DNA of 64,000 bases from Phycisphaerales bacterium (GTDB lineage: Bacteria > Planctomycetota > Phycisphaerae > WQYP01), in the NCBI GenBank assembly GCA_027451365.1, contig DAIDJN010000059.1, forward strand, positions 43,317 through 107,316, written 5' to 3'. Under the pieces are notes generated by a model, which made no database searches, was not told the DNA's origin, and saw nothing but the letters and a program-made list of their open reading frames with translations. The position numbers and the translations under genes were made by a program. How positions within the stretch are numbered: position 1 is the first letter of the stretch; the number at the start of each line of letters is the position of its first letter. Shown here piece after piece: positions 1 through 10,292 of this stretch.

Positions 1-533
1 GTTAATGCCCAATTTTCCGGCATGAAAGGCGTGGCTGTAGGCAACGGGCTGCACGGGTTGGTAATTAACGTTTAATGTTCGCGCATTCGCCCCATAACCG
101 AGCAGTATTACCAAGTACACGGGCACAAGAACCCCACATGCCAGTATCACTTTTGTGGCCGTATCCGACCATCGGGGAAATACGAAAGATGGTTTGTCGC
201 TCATTGCTGTGGCCGCTATCCCAAGTCGTTCATACACCAACCACAAAACTTTCCAACCGCCCCGCAGGCAGGTTGTGAAAGATTGCACAAAGTTTTTAAG
301 ATACTAATGCCGACCCTTTTTTGAGTCAACATGCACCCGATTATTTTCCGGATATTTCATTTTGCCTATCCTTTTCAATCGGATTTATCCAATTTCTCCA
401 TCCGGTAATACCGGCGTTCCGCCATCGGCTATTGTCCCATGGTCCGAAATTCCTCTCGGCGCAGCCCCGCCGCTTCTGTTATCATGGCCATCTGGTTATT
501 AAATGCGTGATTGAGTCTGTTACGAGGTATTTT

Positions 534-1160
534 GTGGCCCTTCGTCCGAATCTGGTGGTTGAACCCGTTCTTCTGGATGTTTCTGATGACTTGGGAATCC
601 TTGATTGGCCCGGAATTTTCGGCAACAATAACCCGGTGGAACTTGAGATTGGCTCGGGTAAAGGAACCTTTCTGGTGTCCGTTGCTGAAAAGTCTCCGCA
701 GACAAACTTTATTGGCATCGAATGGGCCAAAGCCTATGCAGATTTCTCCGCTGACCGCCTTCGTCGCCACGCGCTGCTGAATTGCCGCATCGTGCGAGCC
801 GATGCCGTCTGGTGGATTCGCTGCCATGTTCCGGCGGATTCCATTTCCGCCCTGCATGTCTATTTTCCGGATCCTTGGCCAAAGGCCCGCCACCATAAGC
901 GGCGGCTCATCGCGCCTGGCTTTATGGCGGAGGTGGCGCGCATCCTTATCCCTGGCGGAAAATTCCGTCTGGTCACCGATCACGCCGGCTATTTTGAGCA
1001 TATTCAGCAGGTCTTGGCGGGCTTTTCAGGCCTTGTTCCGGCTGCGTTTGATTCCCCGGTGCAAACACCGGATGGGCTGATCGTGGGCACTAATTTTGAA
1101 CGTAAATATCAGGCCGAAAATCGTGCCGCCTATTCCATCGCCGCCATAAAACCGGCTTAA
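534..1160 (+). CDS. trmB: tRNA (guanine-N7)-methyltransferase
   Basis: ELEIGSGKG SAM motif, FIGIE, YFPDPWPKARHHKRRL, TDH and TNFERKY motifs. Start moved to the in-frame GTG at 534 behind GAGG (ORF track starts at 321). Confidence 0.93.
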   Translation: MALRPNLVVEPVLLDVSDDLGILDWPGIFGNNNPVELEIGSGKGTFLVSVAEKSPQTNFIGIEWAKAYADFSADRLRRHALLNCRIVRADAVWWIRCHVPADSISALHVYFPDPWPKARHHKRRLIAPGFMAEVARILIPGGKFRLVTDHAGYFEHIQQVLAGFSGLVPAAFDSPVQTPDGLIVGTNFERKYQAENRAAYSIAAIKPA

Positions 1161-1231
1161 CCGCGGCTTGGGAAAGTGCGATAAACGCATCGCGGCATCA
1201 TGCCTTTTTTGTAAATGCCTGCGCAAAATAG

Positions 1232-1259
1232 AAAAAGCCGGAACTTGTCGCTCCGGCTC
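1232..1259 (-). terminator. Intrinsic terminator downstream of xerC
   Basis: AGCCGGA-N9-TCCGGCT stem followed by T5 on the minus strand, between convergent trmB and xerC. Confidence 0.6.
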
Positions 1260-1309
1260 GTGAGGAATTCCGTTTTCACCAGATTTTTCGCAGCGGATCG
1301 GATCGCGGG

Positions 1310-2308
1310 TCAGGTCACTTCATGTGCCCGCGGATGCGCTGAATCATAGGCATCCTGAATGCGTTTCGTCGTCAGGTGGGTATAAATCTGGGTGGTGCTT
1401 AGACTCTGGTGCCCCAGCATTTCCTGAACCGACCGCAAATCGGCTCCATGGTTGAGCATGTGCGTCGCAAAGCTGTGCCGCAGCGTGTGCGGACTGATAT
1501 CCGGATCCAGATGGGCTTCAATCAGGTATTTATCCAGCTTGCGCCGCACTGATCGCGTGCTTAGCCGCTGGCCATGCTTGTTGATGAACAGCGCTGTGGC
1601 CAACTGGCTGGGCGGCACAATGTGATTACGCATCTCAATATATTTTCGCATTGCGGCTACCGCGGTCTCGCCGATGGGGCTCAGGCGTTCTTTGCGACCT
1701 TTGCCCCGCACTTTCAGCACGCCGCCCGCAAAGTCAATGTCTTCAATATTAAGCCCCACCAGTTCGCTGACGCGCATTCCAGTGCTGTAAATAACTTCCA
1801 GCATCGCCTTGTCGCGGCAGCCCAGCAGATCCGTGTCTTTGGGTGTCTGCAGCAGTTTTGTAACCTGTTCCTCGGTCATGAACTTGGGCAGGCGCTTTTC
1901 CAGCTTCGGCGTGCGGATTGTCAGCATCGGGTTGTTGCCGGTCAAACCTCGCTTGTTCAGGAACTTGAAAAAGCTTCGCAGAGTGGCCAGTTTCCGCGCC
2001 ACTGTCGCCTTGGAATAGTTGTGCTCGCGCATGTGCTGAAGGTACGCTCGCACGTTGTCTGGACCGGCCGAAAGCAGCAGTCGGTCAAATTCTTCGGGCA
2101 CCGGATCCGTTTCCGCCGTCTGCGGTTTGGAACCTGGCGCATGATTAGAGGTCGGTCCGAATGAATCTGGCAGACCGGCAAGGAAACGGCCGAACTGCTT
2201 AAGATCGGCCCCGTAGCATTTACTCGTATAGGTCGAAAAATGCCTCTCGAATTGCAGATAATTCAGGAAGTCCTGAATACGCTGTGGCTGGGGAACCTGG
2301 TTTTCCAT
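1310..2308 (-). CDS. xerC: Tyrosine recombinase XerC
   Basis: ATVARKLATLRSFF, YSTGMRVSEL, GKGRKER, SPHTLRHSFATH, LGHQSLSTTQIY motifs. Probable start at MENQVP. Confidence 0.9.
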   Translation of the reverse strand: MENQVPQPQRIQDFLNYLQFERHFSTYTSKCYGADLKQFGRFLAGLPDSFGPTSNHAPGSKPQTAETDPVPEEFDRLLLSAGPDNVRAYLQHMREHNYSKATVARKLATLRSFFKFLNKRGLTGNNPMLTIRTPKLEKRLPKFMTEEQVTKLLQTPKDTDLLGCRDKAMLEVIYSTGMRVSELVGLNIEDIDFAGGVLKVRGKGRKERLSPIGETAVAAMRKYIEMRNHIVPPSQLATALFINKHGQRLSTRSVRRKLDKYLIEAHLDPDISPHTLRHSFATHMLNHGADLRSVQEMLGHQSLSTTQIYTHLTTKRIQDAYDSAHPRAHEVT

Positions 2309-2709
2309 AATGCACTGAACCTTTCGACCGCGCACTGCCCGCCAGACGTCCACGAATGGCTGGGCCGATGCTGCTGTCATCGCCAAAAAACACCGGATCA
2401 ATTCCATTGACCCGCCTTCAGTGCTCTCCATCCATCGTGCACGCCCCGGTCAACAGTTACCAGACCTCTTACAGCAGGCCCGATCCCGGTTCCGACACCC
2501 GGCTTTTGACCGGCGTTGCCCCGATGGATTTCAAAGTATTTATCGGCGTTTTACGGAGCTAACGTGAACGGCATGCGATTATATTTTTCAAGGGTTTGTT
2601 TTTTGCCAAGTAGGCGTATTTTAAGAGATTTTCAAGATTTATATCGGACGCCCCACAGTGTCTTTGGCTTGACGAAGCGTCGCTGGCGTTTTCGGTGTGC
2701 CCGGGGATT

Positions 2710-4275
2710 TCAGTTTTCGGCGACGGCAGCCTGTTCGCCCCGTTGCAGAAAGTGCTGTTTCGCCTCACCAATAAGGTAGAACGAACCGGTTACCGTTACC
2801 AGGTCTTCGCGCGTAATCGCTCGCGAGGCAATTTCCATTGCTTCACGAAACGAGCCTGCAACCTGTGCCATTTTACCGAACCGTTCCACATAGGCAGCCG
2901 AAAGTTCCTCGGGTGCCGCACTCTTGGGATTGTTGGCACTGCGCGTAAAAATCACTTTATCCGCACCAAGTGAAATCTGTTCGAGCATTCCGTCGATATC
3001 TTTGTCGCAGTTACAGCCGAAAATAACCACCATGCTGTCATACGGAATGTACTGGCTGATGCCTTTGAATAGCGCCTGGACCGAGGCCGCATTGTGGGCA
3101 CCGTCAATCACGACGCGCGGGTCGCGCCATATCAATTCCATCCGGCCGGAAATGGCCACGCGGGCCAGACCCTCGGCCGCTTTGGCATCGTGAATGGCTA
3201 TTCCGCGTGTCTTGAGTTTGTCCAGCATCGCCAGAGCTAGACCGCAATTCACCGCCTGATGTTCGCCGATAAGAGGTACGGTTAAATGTTCGAATCTGGA
3301 TGTGGGCGTCATCAGCGTTACCCGAACATGCGGGCCGATGGGACGGGTATTTTCAAAACGGTGCGAAAATTCAATATCTGATCCGACAAATGCCAGCGGT
3401 GCGTGCACCTGTTGTGCCACCCGGTTAAGGACCGCCATCACCTCCGGCGGCTGAAGCGAAGCGACCGCCGGCACGTCTTTTTTGAAAATTCCGGCCTTTT
3501 CCTCGGCTATTTTGGCCAGTGTGGATCCCAAAACCGCCATATGGTCATAACTGATTGAGCAGATGCCGGTCACTTCAGGAGTGATGACATTGGTGGAATC
3601 CAGTCTGCCGCCCATACCAGTTTCAATGACTGCGATATCCACCTGCTGGTCGGCAAAATAACAGAAGCCAACCGCGGTCATTATTTCAAAAAAAGTCGGT
3701 CGATCGCTGCCCATTTTGCGAATGGCCGCCTCTGCGCGCCGCACCAGCTTTACAAAATCGCCGTGTGAAATCATGCGGTCGTTGATGGAAATCCGTTCCC
3801 GGATGTCAATTAAATGCGGACTGGTGTATAGCCCCACCTTCAGGCCACCGTGTTGGAGCATGGCCGCCAGCATTGCACAGGTGCTGCCCTTGCCCTTCGT
3901 GCCAGCTACATGAGCGGATTTGAATTTGGTGTGCGGATCGTCAAGCAATTTCAACAGACGCCGCATGCGGTCCAGGTTAAACGTGGTGGTGTTATACCGT
4001 ACTATGCGCATACGTTCATAGTCAGTTTGCGCATTCAAGAATTCGATAACTTTATGGAATGAACGGACCTCACTAGACGGAACCAGCTTGGCCGCCACGG
4101 TAGCCCGGGCTTTTATCGCACCCTGAAGGGTTATCCGTCGCGATTCAACCCTTAACCCTCGCCGATTTGCGTGTGGCTTCAGGGAAAGTGTTGTCCGGCC
4201 AGTCTTCTTCCCGTTACTGGTCGCGGACTTCTTCCGTGCTTTGGGACGATTTTTAGACTTTCCAACCGTTACCAT
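2710..4275 (-). CDS. folC: Folylpolyglutamate synthase/dihydrofolate synthase, with a basic N-terminal extension
   Basis: HVAGTKGKGST, YTSPHL, ETGMGGRLDSTNV, EKAGIFK, DGAHN, TGSFYLIGE motifs. Confidence 0.93.
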   Translation of the reverse strand: MVTVGKSKNRPKARKKSATSNGKKTGRTTLSLKPHANRRGLRVESRRITLQGAIKARATVAAKLVPSSEVRSFHKVIEFLNAQTDYERMRIVRYNTTTFNLDRMRRLLKLLDDPHTKFKSAHVAGTKGKGSTCAMLAAMLQHGGLKVGLYTSPHLIDIRERISINDRMISHGDFVKLVRRAEAAIRKMGSDRPTFFEIMTAVGFCYFADQQVDIAVIETGMGGRLDSTNVITPEVTGICSISYDHMAVLGSTLAKIAEEKAGIFKKDVPAVASLQPPEVMAVLNRVAQQVHAPLAFVGSDIEFSHRFENTRPIGPHVRVTLMTPTSRFEHLTVPLIGEHQAVNCGLALAMLDKLKTRGIAIHDAKAAEGLARVAISGRMELIWRDPRVVIDGAHNAASVQALFKGISQYIPYDSMVVIFGCNCDKDIDGMLEQISLGADKVIFTRSANNPKSAAPEELSAAYVERFGKMAQVAGSFREAMEIASRAITREDLVTVTGSFYLIGEAKQHFLQRGEQAAVAEN

Positions 4276-4519
4276 ACCATAGATTGTATCAGACTGGTAA
4301 GCGGTTTACAATTCAACCCTATTTATTCGCATACGTATAAATAAAATTACGCATAGTAGATTAATGTTTACGTCTATGCGAAATAACGTCCCATAACAAT
4401 GCGCACCTGCCGTGTTCGATAAAAATGCCAGGCGCATTTTATTTAACAATAACCGACCAATCCGCGAACCTTTCACCCTGTAATAACGAACGCCAATATG
4501 TCGCCATTGGCGATCTGGT

Positions 4520-4921
4520 TTAGGGTGTTTTCACCAGTTTAGTCTTTACGTAATTGCAAATTGTTTCAACAGTGAAAACATCTCGAAAATTATTGATATT
4601 GGGATCCTTCTCAAATGCGGAAAGGTCCGCAAACGGCATTCGTTTCTTCAGTTCTGCGATACCGGATTCGGTTACCTTTCCTTCGGAATTCACATATTCC
4701 TGATTGGAGAACACTGAATCCGGAATCATTTCACCGGTCGGTATTTTGATTCCGAACGCCTTTTCCAATTGAAAGGTAATATCCAAGTAATCTATCGATT
4801 CGGCACCCAAGTCTTTATTCAGCCGGGCTTCTGGCGTAACCTCATCCTCATCCACTGCCAGCGCCTGTGTTAAAACGTCGCGCACCTTAATAAATACTGG
4901 GTCATCTGTGGCTATTGTCAT
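4520..4921 (-). CDS. Acyl carrier protein (long planctomycete-type)
   Basis: DLGAESIDYLDITFQLEKAFGIKI phosphopantetheine-site motif; acidic; adjacent to a FabZ-like gene. Confidence 0.85.
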   Translation of the reverse strand: MTIATDDPVFIKVRDVLTQALAVDEDEVTPEARLNKDLGAESIDYLDITFQLEKAFGIKIPTGEMIPDSVFSNQEYVNSEGKVTESGIAELKKRMPFADLSAFEKDPNINNFRDVFTVETICNYVKTKLVKTP

Positions 4922-5066
4922 TGATCTTATCCTTCTGCAACTCCGGAATTCTAAAATGTGCCCGTGGCCGCATTCGCCACACAATCAGGCTGTACCCTGA
5001 CTAGTTTCCGGTAAAATCGTCATTTAAGCAACCTTGCGGACCATCGGAAGGTACCCGTTTGTCCCA

Positions 5067-5552
5067 TTACACCGTCGGATCGTTGGACCGCCGTAATTGC
5101 CGCCATTGTCTGGCCATAGCCTCATTCACTGAGTTGTCCAGATTTTCCAGTGAACTTTCGAGATGGCCTAATTTCAGGTGGGCAAGTTCAATCCGACCGG
5201 TAATGGCCGCATCGTTGCCCACGCTGCCGCGTATTTTAAATTCACTCTGGTTCATATCCAGAGATACCACTTCGGACCGCATGATGAGCGTCCGACCCGG
5301 TTCAACAAACGAACCATACCGGATTCCGCGGGCCTCTTTCAGTACCACCAGCGACGGCCGAAAGCCACTCCATTCCCGTACCAGCCAGGCTGACGCCTGC
5401 ACCGCCGCCTCCAGCATCAGCACTCCCGGCAACACAGGAAATCCCGGAAAATGGTCCGCCAGATACTCTTCGGCGAGGCTCACATTTTTGGCGGTGGTAA
5501 TGTTTTTGGCTGATGTAAATTCCTCAATGCGGTCGACCAGACAGAATTTCAT
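5067..5552 (-). CDS. fabZ: 3-hydroxyacyl-ACP dehydratase (FabA/FabZ hot-dog family)
   Basis: LVDRI...KNVS..E.YLADHFPGFPVLPGVLMLEA motif. Confidence 0.85.
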   Translation of the reverse strand: MKFCLVDRIEEFTSAKNITTAKNVSLAEEYLADHFPGFPVLPGVLMLEAAVQASAWLVREWSGFRPSLVVLKEARGIRYGSFVEPGRTLIMRSEVVSLDMNQSEFKIRGSVGNDAAITGRIELAHLKLGHLESSLENLDNSVNEAMARQWRQLRRSNDPTV

Positions 5553-5910
5553 GGCTTATAATTCCTGAAAAAGAGACCAGCTTATTTATCAAAACACGAC
5601 TGATCAAACCATATTCGGCGTTTTACACAAATATCAGGATTTTGACAACTGCAAATTGTAACCTGATGGCGACAGGCCAGACCGCATTTCTTCAAATGGC
5701 ATTTACGCCGCAATTTGTGGAGTCACAATTTCAGCCAAATGGTATGGCCCCGTACTATTTCCGGGTCAGGCTGAATTTGGCGATTTTTCACCGCAATAAA
5801 CGGCCTTTTTCAGGAATTATTTTCTTCGGCGAACTTCCGGACTCCGACGAGCGTATGTATCTAACTGAAAGGGACTCGAATAAAATATGAAAAAAGTTTC
5901 GTATTTGCTG

Positions 5911-5938
5911 TTGACAAGTGTAACAATGTTCCTATCAT
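5911..5938 (+). promoter_or_regulatory. Sigma70-like promoter upstream of the ArsR gene
   Basis: TTGACA-16 nt-TATCAT with an AT-rich upstream tract. Confidence 0.55.
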
Positions 5939-6143
5939 CAAATAAGAATGCGGGCGGATGATTTTGCGGGTTCTTGTGAAACCACTAGTACAACCCACTG
6001 GCATTATGGAAGTGTGTTGTCGCGTCCGGTCGTTTGCATGACGGCTTTTTTACCGTGCACTGTACTGCAAAAAAGGTGTAAAGTTTAGTTTTTCGAGCGC
6101 CGGTTGTACAACGGCCCGAGTCTATTTTAAGGAGTATCTACCC

Positions 6144-6461
6144 ATGGCTAAATCCAACTCATCTGAGCAGGGGCTTGCATCTGCGTGCTCGTTGTTCAAA
6201 CTTCTGTCGGACAAGACCCGCCTTCAGATAGTTCTGCATCTGGCACAGAGCGAATGCACAGTGACCGGACTTTGCAAGGACCTTAAGCTTCCTCAGCCAA
6301 CGGTCAGTCACCATCTGGGGCTGCTGCGGATGAACCGTCTGATCATCAACAAGCGCAATGGTAAGCAGGTGATTTATTCACTTGGGGCACAGGCAAAAAG
6401 CGTCAAAAGCGGCCTGAAATTTGCAGTCGCCCCTTATTCCGTTTCCCTTGATCTGAACTAA
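6144..6461 (+). CDS. ArsR/SmtB family transcriptional regulator
   Basis: FKLLSDKTRLQI...VTGLC..L...QPTVSHHLGLLR...RNGKQVIYSL; strong AAGGAG RBS. Confidence 0.9.
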   Translation: MAKSNSSEQGLASACSLFKLLSDKTRLQIVLHLAQSECTVTGLCKDLKLPQPTVSHHLGLLRMNRLIINKRNGKQVIYSLGAQAKSVKSGLKFAVAPYSVSLDLN

Positions 6462-6688
6462 GCCGCGTCAGTGGAATCGTCCTCTCACGATCTTCTCCAT
6501 TTGAAACGCATGCGGTTCGGGTTAACTACCGCCATTTTAGCAAATGCTTCGCCCGCCCTGGATTTTTCCGGGGCGGGCATCGGCATTGCGCAGGGTGAAC
6601 GCATTTCATTCGCCTTTTGATATGTCGCGTTTAATTCGCTGCGCAGCGTAAATATGAATGCTGTTCGCACGGGTGCTGGCCTTGACGG

Positions 6689-8032
6689 ATGGCCTCCTGT
6701 GCCTGCACCATAGTCACGATGCGATTGCCATCCGCAAAACCTGACGCCTACCAGCCGGAAAACAACGGCTGCACTGTTCCCACGCTCGAAATGCTGCTGA
6801 CGCCTGACGGACAGCGCCTGCTTGAGGCCGCGCGCGCTCATATGGCCGATTGCCAGAACGAACAGCCCTCCATCGCTCAAATTGAACGCTGGCGTCGGGA
6901 ATTTTCACCGGAATTGGTGCATACCGCATTGGTTGTCGCTCGGGCGGCAAACGCGGCCGGAGGCCAGCGCGGAAAATTTCCTCATACGCCTCCTGACCTT
7001 CTGTTCTGGGCGGTTCCCGAAGCACTGGAACAGGCCACTTCAGCCGCAGTGGCCGATTACAAAGCACAAAAACTGCTTTCCCTTTTGCCCGCAACCACCA
7101 CCATTTTTGACATATGCTGCGGCATCGGCGGTGACACCCTTTCTCTGGCCCGTTATGCGCCCGTGGAGGCTTGGGAAATCAATCCTCAGCGAGCCTGGAT
7201 GGCCCGCAGAAATGTCCGCCGGAATGGGCTTTTTCCAGTGATTGTGCATCAGCGCGACATCCTTGAGGCGGATATTCCAGTGCTTCCACATTGCGCCTAC
7301 CACTTGGACCCGGCTCGTCGCTCCGGCGGTCGAAGACTGAATGTAAATTCATCCATGGTTCCCGATCCGTGGCGAGTCATTCAGAGGCTGAATTTCTGCA
7401 CCGGAGGAATGGTCAAACTTAGCCCCGCTATTGATTTTTCCACTCTCCCGCCCGGACATCTGGAAATTATCAGCCACGAGCGCAGCGTCGTGCAGGCGGT
7501 GCTCTGGACGCGCGCGGCTGGCGAATCGCTCGGTTGCAATCTGCGCACTGCGACCGGAATTACCCGAGACGGAAATATCTGGTCTTTTTCAGGATCGCCC
7601 GGTTTTCCGACCACTCTGCATGAGCCGGCGGAATGCGTTTATGAATTAGATGGCGCACTGACACGTTCTGGTCTTGCGGCCACATTTATCATCCAGACAG
7701 GTCTTATGCCATTGACCGTAGATGGCGGCTACGCCACTGGGATTGCGCCATCGCCGCATGCCGCTCTGGCTGAGTTTAGGGTTCTCACCGTGATACCTTA
7801 TAGCCCGCAACGAATTGTCCGCTGGCTCAAAAGTCAGCCGCCCGGTGCCATGACATCTGCGCCCGTAGTGGAAGTAAAAACCCGAGGCGGCCTCGGTCTG
7901 GATACAGATCGTCTACAGCGGGAGTGGTCTGGTGCCGCACGTGAATCATGTACTATTCTGATTTATTCCGCCCGCGGCGGGCAGATGGCCATTGTAGCCC
8001 GCAGACCGACAGTCTGCGGGACATCGGCTTAA
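6689..8032 (+). CDS. Class I SAM-dependent methyltransferase with C-terminal THUMP-like domain (start uncertain)
   Basis: ALEQATS..VA.YKA, DICCGIGGD, LDPARR, VKLSPAID motifs. Confidence 0.75.
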   Translation: MASCACTIVTMRLPSAKPDAYQPENNGCTVPTLEMLLTPDGQRLLEAARAHMADCQNEQPSIAQIERWRREFSPELVHTALVVARAANAAGGQRGKFPHTPPDLLFWAVPEALEQATSAAVADYKAQKLLSLLPATTTIFDICCGIGGDTLSLARYAPVEAWEINPQRAWMARRNVRRNGLFPVIVHQRDILEADIPVLPHCAYHLDPARRSGGRRLNVNSSMVPDPWRVIQRLNFCTGGMVKLSPAIDFSTLPPGHLEIISHERSVVQAVLWTRAAGESLGCNLRTATGITRDGNIWSFSGSPGFPTTLHEPAECVYELDGALTRSGLAATFIIQTGLMPLTVDGGYATGIAPSPHAALAEFRVLTVIPYSPQRIVRWLKSQPPGAMTSAPVVEVKTRGGLGLDTDRLQREWSGAARESCTILIYSARGGQMAIVARRPTVCGTSA

Positions 8033-9786
8033 TACCAAGCCTTGCCGGCGCTATGCGGAAAGCCCTTAAAGCCGTAGCATTTCCACAGGGCCAGCCCTTT
8101 CATGAAAACGCCATGGTAGTACAGATGAATCATTCGCATTTTTCCCACCCTTGTAAATGCGGGGAGAATCAGGTGATGAAATACACTGGGTGAAAACCAG
8201 CCAATGAGGACCGCGTTCCGGCCCGCGAAGCGCAATTTTCCGGTCGATGGGTTGATCTGATCAATGCCCGGCCAGAGGTTAAATTGACTTTCGCGCCCGC
8301 CCGTCAGGCTTTGAATGCAATACACAAACGGGTGGCCCGGTAGATAGAAGCTGATGGAACTCGCCTCATCCCAACGGTCGGCTATTACCAGTGGAAGTTG
8401 TCCGTTTCTGGTCCGCATGGACATTCGGACTTTATTCACCGCCAGCCCCCGAATGCGTAGATCGTGGAGGCGAAACGCCGGGTCCCACCGCACCGCGGGA
8501 AACTTTGTTCCTGTCGGATCAAGGCGGGCTGCCAGCGGATAGAATCGCTGTGTATTTTCCGCCAGCACATAAAGGCAGAATCCGAATACCACCGCCGTAA
8601 TCAGCCATCGGCGGTAAAGCTTGTTTTCCCGCGGCCTATTCCAACGCAACGTCGCCACACCGGCCAATAGAATCATAGCTGAAAAATATCCTGCCGCCGG
8701 CCAATTCGGTTGAACTTTCGTCCATAAACTTAGAACAAAATAGAAGCCAAACAGCGGCAGAGCCAGGCTCAGCAAAAGCGCCCAATGTGCCGTTTCCACC
8801 GCCGCAGGCTGCCTGCGGCAAATTTTGACCGCATCCACAAACGCCAGAATCAGCAGCACAAATACAATGCCGGCACAAATACCCGCCTGTGACCCGAGAT
8901 ATAGCCCGACCTGGGCGGGAATATGTTCCAGATGTTTAATCATATTGAAATGGCCTTCCAGGCCGCCCTCTCCTCCTATGTGGCGGAACATGACCCAGTT
9001 ATGGGCTGCATTCCATACGAGTGTCGGAATCTGTATGGCCAGCATCAGGAGAACCGCGCCCAGGCTGTGCCATGTTGCCAGCTTCTGTCTTAAATAGCTG
9101 TTAAATATTGCCGCCAGGACCAGCGAAGGCACCAGAAAAAGCGGGATCGGCTTGCACAAAATTCCCAGACCGGCCAGTAATCCAGCCAGATAAAGCCACC
9201 ACGCCGAGGCGTGCTTACCCGGCTGTTCCACCACGTTCCCTTCCTTGTCGCGGTTGGGTTCTACCGCCAGCCACACACACAGGCTTGCCAGCGCCCAACT
9301 TAAATACATTGGCGAATCAATTGTCATGAGAAGGGATCCAATCGCAAATACCGGCATACCCGCTGACAGCACCATCAGCATCAGGCAGGTGCGGTCGTCG
9401 CGGAACATCCGCCTCGCCAGTACCAGACTTGCCAATCCGCTTATACATGCAAATATGACCGCCGGCGTGCGAATGACCGGCATCGTGGCATGAGTCGCGC
9501 CAAACCAGCGGCCGACCACAATGGCCGCATGAATAATGGCGGCTATGCCCGGCCCTTTGGAATAGTAGCCCCACGCCAGGTGTTTCGACCAGAGCCAGTA
9601 ATGGCTTTCATCCTCGGTCAGATCAAACGGGCAGTGATGATATAAAAACATCAGATTGGAAAACAGGCCGAATGCCAGAATTCCCAGTGCTGTGCGGAAT
9701 GCCCATGGCCGCCGGATCGTTGGCCGCACCTTCTGGCCCCAAAATGAATCCGCCGCGATGCCCGACTCAGGTTGTGTGTCTGTCAT
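8029..9786 (-). CDS. ArnT/PMT-family (GT39/GT83) membrane glycosyltransferase
   Basis: DESHYWLWSKHLAWGYYSKGPG motif, multiple TM helices, TIDSP, KVQPNWPAAGY. Confidence 0.85.
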   Translation of the reverse strand: MTDTQPESGIAADSFWGQKVRPTIRRPWAFRTALGILAFGLFSNLMFLYHHCPFDLTEDESHYWLWSKHLAWGYYSKGPGIAAIIHAAIVVGRWFGATHATMPVIRTPAVIFACISGLASLVLARRMFRDDRTCLMLMVLSAGMPVFAIGSLLMTIDSPMYLSWALASLCVWLAVEPNRDKEGNVVEQPGKHASAWWLYLAGLLAGLGILCKPIPLFLVPSLVLAAIFNSYLRQKLATWHSLGAVLLMLAIQIPTLVWNAAHNWVMFRHIGGEGGLEGHFNMIKHLEHIPAQVGLYLGSQAGICAGIVFVLLILAFVDAVKICRRQPAAVETAHWALLLSLALPLFGFYFVLSLWTKVQPNWPAAGYFSAMILLAGVATLRWNRPRENKLYRRWLITAVVFGFCLYVLAENTQRFYPLAARLDPTGTKFPAVRWDPAFRLHDLRIRGLAVNKVRMSMRTRNGQLPLVIADRWDEASSISFYLPGHPFVYCIQSLTGGRESQFNLWPGIDQINPSTGKLRFAGRNAVLIGWFSPSVFHHLILPAFTRVGKMRMIHLYYHGVFMKGLALWKCYGFKGFPHSAGKAWY

Positions 9787-9803
9787 GCCGTTGTATCCGT
9801 CTT

Positions 9804-10199
9804 TTAATCCTGGTTCGCCCGGTCCACAGGAGGCCGGTTCTCGATTGGCCGTGCGTAATGCCCCCGGAATTTCTCCACCGGATATTTAACGCGGTTCCGT
9901 ATCATTTTGGCTTCCGCGGCTGCGGAAAGATCAATGTCCAGCCTGTTTGCCAATGAAATAATATACATTAGAACATCTGACATTTCGTCGGCCACAGCCT
10001 GCCGGAATGCCCAGTCGCCCAAGCGAGCGGTCGACTCATCTTCGCCCAGCCATTGAAACAATTCCAGCAGTTCGCCCGCCTCTACCGCCGCGCTGACCGC
10101 CAGATTCCGCGGCGTGTGAAATTTTTCCCATTGCCTCTCGGCTACAAATTCCTTCATCATGATCCGCAATTGAGCCACTGTCGTCTGGTCATCTGTCAT
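9804..10199 (-). CDS. MazG-like nucleotide pyrophosphohydrolase (dCTP pyrophosphatase-like)
   Basis: FVAERQWEKFHTPRNLA..EAGELLELFQW...DEMSDV...KMIRNRVKYP. Confidence 0.88.
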   Translation of the reverse strand: MTDDQTTVAQLRIMMKEFVAERQWEKFHTPRNLAVSAAVEAGELLELFQWLGEDESTARLGDWAFRQAVADEMSDVLMYIISLANRLDIDLSAAAEAKMIRNRVKYPVEKFRGHYARPIENRPPVDRANQD

Positions 10200-10292
10200 A
10201 ACGCCGCCAATATCATGAAATTCAATTTAAGCCTCTGTTGTCCGCGCATTCCGCTGGCTGCGGCGAAACGCCGCCCGTTGCCGCAGGATGTT

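Noticed and set aside
1310..2308. Integrase of a prophage or island
   Set aside because: Typical chromosomal XerC in a housekeeping context; no att site, tRNA or phage genes recognised.
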